Positions 9,308-17,388 are shown, counted from the first letter of the stretch. The stretch is DNA of 64,000 nt from Minisyncoccota bacterium (GCA_041665885.1 JBAYHY010000001.1:5715-69714), one strand, 5' to 3'. Notes: generated by a model from the letters alone, not told the origin. A program made the numbers and translations.

Positions 9308-10384
9308 ATGCAAAACATCGTTTGGATAATAATTGGAATAGTCGTTGGAGCTGTCGTCGTCTATATAATTTTGAATAAGAAGAAAAAGACAGACAATAGT
9401 GACAACCCATTTTCGTTGCTTCAACAGCAGATATCGGAACTTACTCGTCAGCTTGATTCAAAACTTACTGAATCACGTAGAGACATGCAAGATGCGGTAC
9501 GTACCCAGTTTTCTGAATCACAAAAACTCTTAAAAGATATTAATGAGCAAATGAGTAAAAATCTGATTGATGTCGCACGGGAACAAACAAAAACGAACGA
9601 AGCAACTAGAGAATTTGTAACCATTGCAGAAAAACTTAGCAATCTTGAAAAGACTCTCAAACACCAAAAACAGCGAGGCAACTGGGGCGAAGCATCGCTT
9701 GAGCTTATTCTTTCAAATACCTTGGCCCCAGGACAATATAAAATGCAATATGAATTTAAGAACAAAGAAACCGTGGATGCAGTGATAATTACTAAGGAAG
9801 GAATAATTCCGATAGATGCGAAGTTTTCTTTAGACAATTACGATAGGGTTGTGCATGCTATCGACGACCGACAACGTGAAGAGCTTGAAAAAGAATTTAA
9901 AAATGATTTAAAAAAACGGATTGATGAAACTGCAAAATATGTTCGACCGGAAGAAAATACACTCCCTTTTGCTTTTATGTATATCCCCGCTGAAGCAATT
10001 TATTATGATCTGCTTGTCAACGAAGTTGGTTCAATAAAAGTTAACACAAGAAATCTAATTGATTATGCTTACAACGAAAAAAAGGTCATTATCATTTCCC
10101 CCACTACTTTTATGGCATATTTACAGTCGGTTCTATACGGTTTCAAGGCATTTAAAATTGAAGAATCTGCAAAAGAAATAATTAAAAAAGTGAATGATTT
10201 AGGTAAACACTTAGGTGCATATTCTGAATACCACGTTAAATTAGGTAATGCGATTAATACTGTTGCAAATCATTATGATAAATCAAATAAGGAATTAAAA
10301 AAAATAGATAAAGATGTGCTCAAAATCGCCGGCACCTCGCCAGAACTTTCTCTTCTTGAGATAGATAAACCAAAACTAGAATAA
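9308..10384 (+). CDS. rmuC: DNA recombination protein RmuC
   Basis: 358 aa with an N-terminal TM, a coiled coil, and the RmuC C-terminal domain (FAFMYIPAEAIYYDLL). Confidence 0.85.
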   Translation: MQNIVWIIIGIVVGAVVVYIILNKKKKTDNSDNPFSLLQQQISELTRQLDSKLTESRRDMQDAVRTQFSESQKLLKDINEQMSKNLIDVAREQTKTNEATREFVTIAEKLSNLEKTLKHQKQRGNWGEASLELILSNTLAPGQYKMQYEFKNKETVDAVIITKEGIIPIDAKFSLDNYDRVVHAIDDRQREELEKEFKNDLKKRIDETAKYVRPEENTLPFAFMYIPAEAIYYDLLVNEVGSIKVNTRNLIDYAYNEKKVIIISPTTFMAYLQSVLYGFKAFKIEESAKEIIKKVNDLGKHLGAYSEYHVKLGNAINTVANHYDKSNKELKKIDKDVLKIAGTSPELSLLEIDKPKLE

Positions 10385-10395
10385 AATTTATTATG

Positions 10396-10436
10396 TAAAA
10401 ATAAAAACGGCTAGCAGTCGTGTGAACTGCGAGCCG
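10396..10436 (-). terminator. Intrinsic terminator (CGGCTaGCAGT-loop-ACTGCgAGCCG plus U-tract on the minus strand) at the left edge of the GC-rich island
   Basis: The hairpin lies at 10408-10436. On the minus strand it is followed by TTTTTATTTTT (complement of 10397-10407). Confidence 0.6.
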
Positions 10437-10461
10437 TTGCCTGAATCCGTCAGGTGCGGGT

Positions 10462-11037
10462 TTAGTCGTAAAACCAATGGTGTCGATCACATCGGTGACA
10501 CCATCCATATCTCGTGTGATGGTGCGGATGACTAAGAGCTATTATGAGCCCTCCCGCCGCCATACTCGCCATAAATAAAAGCAACACGAGTGCTATGAAC
10601 CCCAGACAACCCCAGAAGGAAAGGTCGCCCAACCACCATGCCAAGGATATGGTCCACGGCACGTGCTGCTCTTGGCAGACCTGGGATGGAGGTAGCGGAT
10701 CGAGCGGCCTGGGTTCTGGGGTCAGCGTTGCCAAGCGATTGCCGCATGATGCTTTGTATCTCATGATGCCGTCAATGTCGACAAGAACAACCTCGCCAGC
10801 GTTCACGGTAGTCAACTCGAAAACATTTCGAGCCCGGTTGTAATTCAGAAAGTCCGTGGTAATGGCAAGCCGAGTGGGCCTGAGGCCCATGTCCGCCATC
10901 TGTCCCGCACTTAACGGACCGGACATGATCGGAAACTGATCCAAGTTAGCGCCAGCTGGAACTGTGCCAGCCACCAGCGGTGTTGCTACCGCGAGTAGCA
11001 TCATAGTCAATGCGAGAACCACCATACCGTTTTTCAT
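10462..11037 (-). CDS. Hypothetical secreted / single-pass membrane protein encoded in the GC-rich island (signal peptide, Pro-rich linker, C-terminal TM, His/Cys-rich tail)
   Basis: 191-aa ORF with a signal-peptide-like N-terminus (MKNGMVVLALTMMLLAVATPLVAG), a C-terminal hydrophobic helix and an HPHHHTRYGWCHRCDRHHW tail. It is preceded by a consensus promoter (TTGACA-18-TATAAT) and an SD (AGGAG-7-ATG) and followed by the terminator above. GC is far above the genome background. Confidence 0.5.
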   Translation of the reverse strand: MKNGMVVLALTMMLLAVATPLVAGTVPAGANLDQFPIMSGPLSAGQMADMGLRPTRLAITTDFLNYNRARNVFELTTVNAGEVVLVDIDGIMRYKASCGNRLATLTPEPRPLDPLPPSQVCQEQHVPWTISLAWWLGDLSFWGCLGFIALVLLLFMASMAAGGLIIALSHPHHHTRYGWCHRCDRHHWFYD

Positions 11038-11107
11038 CCCATTCTCCTGTCAACGTGCGAGACATTCTTTTCCCTTATTGGGATCAGCAACGCTCACCTC
11101 TCTTTAT

Positions 11108-11137
11108 ATTATATCACACTATTTACCATTTTGTCAA
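11108..11137 (-). promoter_or_regulatory. Sigma70-like promoter (TTGACA-18-TATAAT) for the island protein gene; back-to-back with the plus-strand promoter of RNA unit 1
   Basis: Minus-strand TTGACA is the complement of 11132-11137. TATAAT is the complement of 11108-11113. Confidence 0.6.
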
Positions 11138-11142
11138 GTTAT

Positions 11143-11383
11143 TGACTTTTCATTAAATCCGAATTAATGTACATTTGAACACACATCGACTTGGAAACGG
11201 ACGACATAGCCCACCTCGATAAAGACGAGAAGGACGAGGCGGAGTAAGGGCTCCCAGGGCTTCCGGTCCGCAGATGGACAACCCGCTCTAGCGTGAGAGC
11301 AACCGTTATCCTAATCTGATCGGGATTCCAAGTCATCGAACGGGCCGGCCTGCAACACGCAGGCCGGCCCATCATCATTTTTA
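11143..11383 (+). ncRNA. Candidate structured sRNA, unit 1 (promoter TTGACT-16-TAATGT, 9-bp closing stem GACUUGGAA/UUCCAAGUC, GC-rich core, intrinsic terminator)
   Basis: The -35 is at 11143-11148 and the -10 at 11165-11170. The terminator hairpin GGGCCGGCCTGC-aacac-GCAGGCCGGCCC lies at 11342-11370 and is followed by CATTTTT. The 5' and 3' ends are shared with unit 2. Confidence 0.5.
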
Positions 11384-11401
11384 ATAAATTTATTAACATT
11401 C

Positions 11402-11673
11402 TTGACTTTTTTTTAAATCCGAATTAATGTACATTTGAATATACATCGACTTGGAAGCGGGGCAGAGAATGGGAAGAATTTCCCGCCCCTCACGACGAAA
11501 CTTGTCGGCCTCTCACACGGAACACGCCGGATAGTGTCTCACGGGAAGGAATTAAATACTCTCCTTTCGGGGAAGAGAGATCGCCCGTGAATGACCTCCA
11601 ACGGTCGAAATCGTGGATTCCAAGTCACCGAATGGGCCGGCCTGCAACACGCAGGCCGGCCCACTTCATTTTT
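11402..11673 (+). ncRNA. Candidate structured sRNA, unit 2 (same promoter, closing stem and terminator as unit 1, unrelated GC-rich core)
   Basis: The -35 TTGACT is at 11402-11407 and the -10 TAATGT at 11425-11430. An identical terminator hairpin lies at 11634-11662, followed by a TTTTT tract. The core contains a GGGGCaGagaaTGGGAAgaaTTTCCCgCCCC hairpin. Confidence 0.5.
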
Positions 11674-13201
11674 ACGCAAAACCAGGGAAGAAATCGGTTT
11701 TAATATTTTTTCTTGATACTCCGATAGATTTCAAGGTATTTTCAAACGCGTCAACCATCCCCCTCGGACCGGAAATATAAAAAGTTTTATTTAAATAATT
11801 TGGAATTTCTTTCTCTATCATCCTCGCATCGATTGAACCTTTTTGCATTGATTCTTCAAATACCGCCTCCCCCTTGCCGGTAATGACATAAACTGTTTTT
11901 ATCCCTAGTTCGGCTCGCGCCCTATCGAAAACCTCCTTATAAGCAATATCCTTGGTCGTTTTATTCGAGTAAAGCAAAGTGATAGTCCTTTTTTGTTTTT
12001 TATCTAGCAAATATTTTATCATGCTACGAAATGGCGTGATACCGATACCCCCGGCAATAAACACCAAATCTTTTTCCGAGTCTTCCGGTAAAACAAAATC
12101 ACCGGATTTTTGGGCTGCGATTATTCCCCCGCCCTCCGGCATGGCAAGCAGGTGATTCTTGAAACTGCTCGGCTCCGGATAGAATTTTACTCCGAGGTGT
12201 ATTTCATCTTCTGTCGGAGATGAAGCCAGAGTAAAATATCGTCTATTCCCTCTCGTATCCGGGCTACGATGTTTGAGGGTCCACTCCATATATTGTCCGG
12301 GGCGGAAATTAAAATTTTTGTCTTTTTCAAAAATAAAATCGTAAGTGTCCACGCCGACCTTGATGCGGTCCTTCAATTTCAAAAATAATTTTTCCTTGGG
12401 GCTCACGATGTAAGCGAAAATATTTCCGATTACTAGGGCAAGCTCTGGCGTTGAATAAAATATTCCAAAATGTAGCGCTGGCGCAAATAAGAAACCGACT
12501 AGTGCACCGAAGGCGATCCGAAGCCATTTCGTGGTCGGAGCCGTCAAGGGCTCTGTGAGCATTACAAAAGCAAAGAAAAAGAACGCGGAATCCGTCATGG
12601 TCCTCATGAGAGTGGTCATGATATCCGAGCCCCTAAACATTGCCAAAACGGAAATAGTAGTGAAAGCAGAAATCAGAAAAGCAAAAAACAAGTCTGCCCG
12701 ACGAATTTTTCTGATTATCAAAAACCCACCGATCAGGACAAAAGGCAACATGTTCGGCGTCCCTATCCACCAACTAGCGGATTGATTAATCGTCAGGGCC
12801 GTGAGTGCCACCGCGAAAGCGGCGGGATTAAAAATATGTTTACCCTTGATGGCCAGAATATATTTAGACGCCATAGCCCAAACTGAAGCCCAAAAAGCAA
12901 ATGGCAAAAATTGCGAATATATCCCACTCTGAATCGGGGTAATGAGAAAAAACAAAATTAGCGCAGTTATATAAATAGATTCTGTGTTGGTAGGCGCGTC
13001 ATAAAAGAAAGAAAAAATAATATTTGTTATCCAGGATATCAACAAAATAATAAGCAGAGAGGAAATAAGATCCGTCGGACTATAGGGCAAAAAACCAAAC
13101 AATGAAAGAACCAGGGACGCACCGAAAAAAAAGATGAGGACGTATAGAACCACCCGGTACATGGTCGTTTTATTTAAAAAATTATCTACAAAATTAAGCA
13201 T
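11672..13201 (-). CDS. Membrane-bound oxidoreductase: N-terminal NqrB/RnfD-like polytopic domain fused to C-terminal ferredoxin-NADP+ reductase-like FAD/NAD(P)-binding domain
   Basis: 509 aa. The N-terminal ~300 aa are hydrophobic (HIFNPAAFAVAL, MLTEPLTAP). The C-terminus carries the RYFTLASSP (RxY[ST] FAD) motif and the GGIGITP NAD-binding motif. Confidence 0.7.
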   Translation of the reverse strand: MLNFVDNFLNKTTMYRVVLYVLIFFFGASLVLSLFGFLPYSPTDLISSLLIILLISWITNIIFSFFYDAPTNTESIYITALILFFLITPIQSGIYSQFLPFAFWASVWAMASKYILAIKGKHIFNPAAFAVALTALTINQSASWWIGTPNMLPFVLIGGFLIIRKIRRADLFFAFLISAFTTISVLAMFRGSDIMTTLMRTMTDSAFFFFAFVMLTEPLTAPTTKWLRIAFGALVGFLFAPALHFGIFYSTPELALVIGNIFAYIVSPKEKLFLKLKDRIKVGVDTYDFIFEKDKNFNFRPGQYMEWTLKHRSPDTRGNRRYFTLASSPTEDEIHLGVKFYPEPSSFKNHLLAMPEGGGIIAAQKSGDFVLPEDSEKDLVFIAGGIGITPFRSMIKYLLDKKQKRTITLLYSNKTTKDIAYKEVFDRARAELGIKTVYVITGKGEAVFEESMQKGSIDARMIEKEIPNYLNKTFYISGPRGMVDAFENTLKSIGVSRKNIKTDFFPGFA

Positions 13202-13964
13202 ATTGTTTGTTATTATTGTTTGTGTAATTTTGAAAACCAGTCGTCATCGTGGCAATCCCCTTTTTATCAATAGAATATCCTTCAAAACCCTCCAACCCCT
13301 CAATAAAGAAAATTCCGTCCTTTCCCATGGCGAATGAAGCTGTGGCATAACGATCTGCCTCAAAAATGTTCGGCCCGATTACGGTCATACTCACGATCTC
13401 TTCCAGTTTGTCATTTTTATCTTTCGGATTATATATATGTGCGCCTCGAACATAGCTTCCCGAAGTCGCAATACCTTCATCTTTCGGTAAAAATACTTTT
13501 TTTATTACTTCTCTTTTTTTGTTGAATGGATTTTGAATGCCGATACACCACGGTTCTCCTTTCTCATTTCTTCCCATCGCTTGAATATCCCCGCCCGCCT
13601 CCACATAAAAATTCTTTATTCCCCTTTTCCTTAAAATTTTACCCGCATTCCAGATAGACCATCCCTTGACCAAGCCGGAAGTGTCATAACTTCCGTTCGG
13701 GGTCACAATATCAAAATATCCATTGGTTAATTTTTTTGTTTCCTCGGAAAGTTCGAATATTTCTCTCATGTCTTCACTCATTTCTTTCTCTTTAATTTGC
13801 TTTTTGTTTATCTTTGTTATTTCGCTATCCTCCTTATAGGTACTGAATTTCTGATCCACGTACTTGAAATAATCAAACACCTCATCAAAGAGTTCCTGTT
13901 TCGCTTCCCCACTGGAAATTTCAACAATGACCGGAGTTCCCATGATTATCTGTATCTGTTTCAT
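13194..13964 (-). CDS. apbE: FAD:protein FMN transferase (ApbE/Ftp family)
   Basis: 256 aa showing ApbE-family similarity (GSYDTSGLVKGW, ATSGSYVRG, ATASFAMG). Confidence 0.8.
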   Translation of the reverse strand: MKQIQIIMGTPVIVEISSGEAKQELFDEVFDYFKYVDQKFSTYKEDSEITKINKKQIKEKEMSEDMREIFELSEETKKLTNGYFDIVTPNGSYDTSGLVKGWSIWNAGKILRKRGIKNFYVEAGGDIQAMGRNEKGEPWCIGIQNPFNKKREVIKKVFLPKDEGIATSGSYVRGAHIYNPKDKNDKLEEIVSMTVIGPNIFEADRYATASFAMGKDGIFFIEGLEGFEGYSIDKKGIATMTTGFQNYTNNNNKQYA

Positions 13965-13967
13965 CGC

Positions 13968-14528
13968 TTATATCATTGCCTGCGACAGAGCGGAAGAGAG
14001 TGATTCCCGAAAAGCAGCGCTTGTAAATGAAGCCCCGGAAACAGTATCTACGTTCGAATCCTGGATAGAAATGGCCTCACTTGTAAGTCGAGGCATTGCG
14101 TATGAATTAATTCGAACGGAGTTTTGTCTATCCTGCGGATAATCCAAAAATTGCACGTCGGTTATTTTTCCACCGGCAATGACCGCTTTTACCTGCACAT
14201 TGCCATAGTACGCATCGACTGCTGTACCAGTGTAGCTTCCATTTTTATATTTACCGATATCAACTACCGGAGGTGGCGGCACCGGAGTAGAAGGCGCGGA
14301 GTTATTTTGCGTCGGAGGACGGGCGGGAGAAGGACTGGCAGTTGTCGGTTTTGGTTTGGGGCTTGCTGTCTGGGTATTTGTGTTGTACTGGGGCAGTGAT
14401 AATGCTACGCTCGTTTTGCTTGATTGGGGAGCCAAAAAAGCCGGCGCCTCTGCTCCAAGGATTCGTACATGTAAAACATACGCAATGAACACAAATATCA
14501 ACGATGATGATAATAGGGCTTTTTTCAT
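13968..14528 (-). CDS. Membrane-anchored FMN-binding domain protein (NqrC/RnfG-like FMN_bind domain; likely flavinylation target)
   Basis: An N-terminal anchor and a Pro/Thr/Ser-rich linker are followed by an FMN_bind domain carrying the flavinylation-type motif DTVSGASFTSAAF. Confidence 0.7.
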   Translation of the reverse strand: MKKALLSSSLIFVFIAYVLHVRILGAEAPAFLAPQSSKTSVALSLPQYNTNTQTASPKPKPTTASPSPARPPTQNNSAPSTPVPPPPVVDIGKYKNGSYTGTAVDAYYGNVQVKAVIAGGKITDVQFLDYPQDRQNSVRINSYAMPRLTSEAISIQDSNVDTVSGASFTSAAFRESLSSALSQAMI

Positions 14529-14575
14529 AGGATTATTATACTATAATCTATGAACTATGAAGTTCTCATGATTGA

Positions 14576-15802
14576 CTAATCGTGCTCAGTGCCTGAATTT
14601 CCCTGCCCAGAATCATCGAAGTTGTTGGGCGTATTTGAATTTTGTCCACCCTGATTTTGATTTATATAATCATTATCCTCTTCGAAGTTATCATCCTCTA
14701 TCTCCTGGCCATCGTCGTCCTCAATGCCCATATCGTCTTCTATGTCTCCCTTGATGGTATTAGAGAGGAGTAACAATCTCGCTGCGTCCGTCAGACTCAT
14801 GGCTGATTGAAATTTGCTTGCAGCCCCATTGAAATCAGATGAAGCAATTAAGGCCTCGCCTGCTTTGAACGTTGTCTCGATTTCCGCGAGTTTGCCATCT
14901 ATGCTATTTTGCGTTTTTATGGATAAACTATTCCTTTCTCTCTGGTAGAGAAGCTTCATGGAGTTCAACAAATCTGATGCTGTTTTTTGTTTTTCCTGAG
15001 CAAGAGCGAGGCCGGTCGAGGTCGTAGTAGGCGTAGCGTTTTCCTCCGACGAAGTTTCTGTAGTTGATTCTGAATCAATTGAGGATTCCAGGTCATCATA
15101 GCCATTCCTTACTCTATTCTGAGATTCCGCGAGCGAAGAGAGCAATCGGTCCGTTTCTTGTTTTGTTTCAGCATTGACATCTTTGCCGTTTGACACAGCC
15201 AGAAGAACATCTTGATGCGCAGCAAGGGCCGCTTGCAATCTGATATTTATGTCGGAGGATTTGGTGGATTCATTATTTTGTTTAGCCAATTCTTCAGCGC
15301 TGGCATTAAAATCGTCAATTTGTCTTTGGATGGCGCCTTCTAGGTAAAGTCGGCCCTCTTCATCGAGGCTATTCGCAGAAACAAGTTTCTGTGCTTCATT
15401 CAACCTGCGTTCCACCAATCTTTCTCGCCACTCTGTTTTCTCTTCCTTGGTGAAAGCGAACAATCCAGCGACGGGCTCATTTACCGACACTTTCACTCCG
15501 TACAACAAGTCCCCGGGAACAGCCATTTCGGCGAAAGCGGAAGTGCCCCCGAGAAGAATAACAATCAAGAATACTGCGACAATGGGTATAAATTTATATT
15601 TATTGTTCATGAAATAATAATTTTTAATGTTCTGATAATGCCTATATAGACGGACGGCAAACGTATTTGTTACATGATTATTCTGTTCAAATTTAGCTGA
15701 TTGAATTTTCTCCAATATAAAAGTACGCATTTTTTCCTTCTCGGCGCTAGCGAGTTTGATATTTTTTACCGCGTTCTTTATTTGTTCAAATTCGTTATTC
15801 AT
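14576..15802 (-). CDS. Putative anti-sigma factor (cytoplasmic N-domain, one TM, acidic extracytoplasmic domain)
   Basis: The gene lies immediately downstream of, and overlaps, the ECF sigma factor gene. A single TM (IPIVAVFLIVILLGG) separates the N-domain from a coiled-coil, acidic C-terminus. Confidence 0.5.
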   Translation of the reverse strand: MNNEFEQIKNAVKNIKLASAEKEKMRTFILEKIQSAKFEQNNHVTNTFAVRLYRHYQNIKNYYFMNNKYKFIPIVAVFLIVILLGGTSAFAEMAVPGDLLYGVKVSVNEPVAGLFAFTKEEKTEWRERLVERRLNEAQKLVSANSLDEEGRLYLEGAIQRQIDDFNASAEELAKQNNESTKSSDINIRLQAALAAHQDVLLAVSNGKDVNAETKQETDRLLSSLAESQNRVRNGYDDLESSIDSESTTETSSEENATPTTTSTGLALAQEKQKTASDLLNSMKLLYQRERNSLSIKTQNSIDGKLAEIETTFKAGEALIASSDFNGAASKFQSAMSLTDAARLLLLSNTIKGDIEDDMGIEDDDGQEIEDDNFEEDNDYINQNQGGQNSNTPNNFDDSGQGNSGTEHD

Positions 15803-16313
15803 TTTTGTTTCCTATTTTATCAAACAAGTTTTTAAGCTTTTCTTTTGCTCGACTAATCCTCACCAATACAGTGTTCTCCCGCTCTCCGAGCAACTCTGCC
15901 ATATCTTTCGAACTCATGTCCTCGATAAACCTTAGAATAATTACATCTCTGTCGGACGGGGGCAACTTATCAAGCAGAGAAAGGAAAATTGAATAATCAA
16001 TATTGTTCTCTGTGTTATCCTTTTCCGCGATTGATTCGAAAAATCCTTCCGGTAATTGGCTCTCCACCACGCTTTTCTTCTTTCTCCAATAATCGATGAC
16101 AGTATTCTTCGCAGTAATGTAAATAAAACTCTTGGCGTTCTGTGCCTCGCTATTCTTCAGATAATTGAATACCTTGATAAAAGTATCTTGCGCCAAATCT
16201 TTTGCCACTTCCCTGTCTCCGGTCTTAAAATAGCAAAAACGAAAAATAGCGTCTGCGTGTGCGTCATATAATTCAACGAACAATTCTTCTATTTTATCAT
16301 CACCGTTATTCAT
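15795..16313 (-). CDS. ECF-type RNA polymerase sigma-70 factor
   Basis: 172 aa. Region 2 (DLAQDTFIKVF, YITAKNTVIDYWRKK) and region 4 (DRDVIILRFIEDMSSKDMAELLG) are both present. Confidence 0.85.
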   Translation of the reverse strand: MNNGDDKIEELFVELYDAHADAIFRFCYFKTGDREVAKDLAQDTFIKVFNYLKNSEAQNAKSFIYITAKNTVIDYWRKKKSVVESQLPEGFFESIAEKDNTENNIDYSIFLSLLDKLPPSDRDVIILRFIEDMSSKDMAELLGERENTVLVRISRAKEKLKNLFDKIGNKNE

Positions 16314-16390
16314 GTTTAATGACGTATTGCCTCTTGTTTTTATTACAAAAAATAACTATTAAATCGGAACAAAATTCTTTTTTCTACGTG

Positions 16391-16462
16391 TGACCCTACC
16401 GGGAATCGAACCCGAATTTTATCCTTGAGAAGGATACGTCCTAACCGTTAGACGATAGGGCC
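16391..16462 (-). tRNA. tRNA-Glu (anticodon CUC)
   Basis: The reverse complement folds as a cloverleaf: GGCCCUA acceptor, anticodon loop UUCUCAA, T-loop UUCGAUU. Confidence 0.85.
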
Positions 16463-16565
16463 AACGAGAAGAATATAACATTTTTTAAAGAAAATTAAAA
16501 ATATTAATATTCTAATAAACACCCAAATATTATCGGACGGCCAACGTCTGTGGCCACAAATCTTG

Positions 16566-16800
16566 ATTAATTTTTTATCCAATTCAAAATATCCTTTATC
16601 GCAGTTTCGTTTTCTAAGTAAAAAATTGGTAAAGAATGTTTCGTTACATTTTCTATTTCCATCTTTGTCACACTTGATGTTTCCCATCCAGGCAAAACAG
16701 CCAATCCGTCACAACGGCGCAAAAACTCGGCATTCATATCCCAGGCTAACTTACTCGCCTCTTCTCCTAGAGAAATAATTTCTTGGTCAATATTTAAATG
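16566..16800 (-). pseudogene. Fragment of a DUF4406 / nucleoside 2-deoxyribosyltransferase-like gene (C-terminal ~78 aa, no start codon)
   Basis: The minus-strand frame translates ...LAWDMNAEFLRRCDGLAVLPGWETSSVTKMEIENVTKHSLPIFYLEN.... The LPGWExS...E...PI motif is characteristic. The frame is open upstream only to a stop, with no initiator. Confidence 0.35.
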
Positions 16801-16843
16801 AGCTAAGCAAGAACCGTTCTTGCTTAGCTGTTCTTGCTTAGCT
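16801..16843. repeat. Near-perfect 14-bp-arm palindrome (AGCTAAGCAAGAAC-c-GTTCTTGCTTAGCT) with a tandem duplication of the right arm, followed by a T-rich tract
   Basis: The palindrome is seen directly. The second copy of GTTCTTGCTTAGCT lies at 16830-16843. Confidence 0.6.
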
Positions 16844-16871
16844 TGTTATTTTATAAATTCCCCCACAAACG

Positions 16872-17388
16872 AAAAAAGCCGTCGAGAAACTCGACAGGCC
16901 TTTGGTGATAATTTGGGTGGGGAGGTTTCCTAGTGGAAACCTCCCCTAACCCTTTTGGTCACGATGTGGCTGTGGGGGATTGATTTTTGTTTTTGCCCCG
17001 TTAGCCCGACATGGCGACCGATGTGAGAGAGCAAGTTCGCGTCCTAGACGCCATGCTCTCACGACTCCAGAAAAACAACTAATTTTTTTCAAACAGGAGC
17101 TTTTACGACCTTCCTGGGGTCAAGTTGACCCGAGCTCCTTGGTCGCCGCCGAAGCCCTCAGGCTTCGACGAAACTGGCAGTGTCGCGCGCGTTTATCACG
17201 ACTCCCTCCCTTCTAATTCTTTCTTGGGCGCTGGTTAGCGGCCCATGCCGTCGGGCTTGCGGGCGGTGGCGAAGCCGGCGATCTTGGTCTTCTTCTTCGA
17301 ATTTTCCATCTTCTCGAGGAACCGGGGGGAACCGCGAATCATGCGAGCCTCCTACCGTGATAACCAGGGACCTCCCCCAGCTATCTTC
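16872..17388 (-). ncRNA. Candidate large (~515 nt) GC-rich structured RNA of unknown class, bounded by a consensus promoter and an intrinsic terminator
   Basis: The minus-strand promoter is TTGACA(comp 17417-17422)-16-TATACT(comp 17395-17400). The terminator on the minus strand is GUCGAG-uuu-CUCGAC-GGC-UUUUUU (16877-16895). Perfect hairpins are dense throughout, e.g. GGGGAGGTTTCC-tagt-GGAAACCTCCCC, GGGTCAAGTTGACCC, AGGAGCT...AGCTCCT and GTGAGAGAGC...GCTCTCAC. GC is far above background. Confidence 0.5.

Noticed and set aside
10532-11399. Additional ORFs inside the GC-rich island (10532-10747 minus, 10544-10843 plus, 10964-11167 plus, 11139-11399 minus)
   Set aside because: They overlap the better-supported 191-aa gene or the RNA units, have no SD or promoter, and are explained by the low stop-codon density of GC-rich DNA.
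11139-11675. Tandem conserved-end/variable-core units as retron msr-msd, DGR TR/VR pair, or CRISPR
   Set aside because: There is no reverse transcriptase, Cas, or target gene nearby. DGR repeats would be near-identical with adenine-specific differences, whereas these cores are unrelated. The units are ~270 bp, not short repeat-spacer units.
16448-16687. 79-aa ORF on the minus strand
   Set aside because: It overlaps tRNA-Glu(CUC) and the other-frame gene remnant. It is hydrophobic junk with no start context.
16872-17388. GC-rich structured region as tmRNA, RNase P RNA or SRP RNA
   Set aside because: No tRNA-like T-arm (GGUUCGAAUCC) or tag ORF was found for tmRNA. No GGAAAGUCCGGGC/ACAGAACCCGGCUUA P4 motifs were found for RNase P. 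No AGGUCAGGUCCGGAAGGAAGCAGC-like domain IV was found for SRP. At ~515 nt it is too long for 6S or SRP. It is kept as unknown-class RNA.
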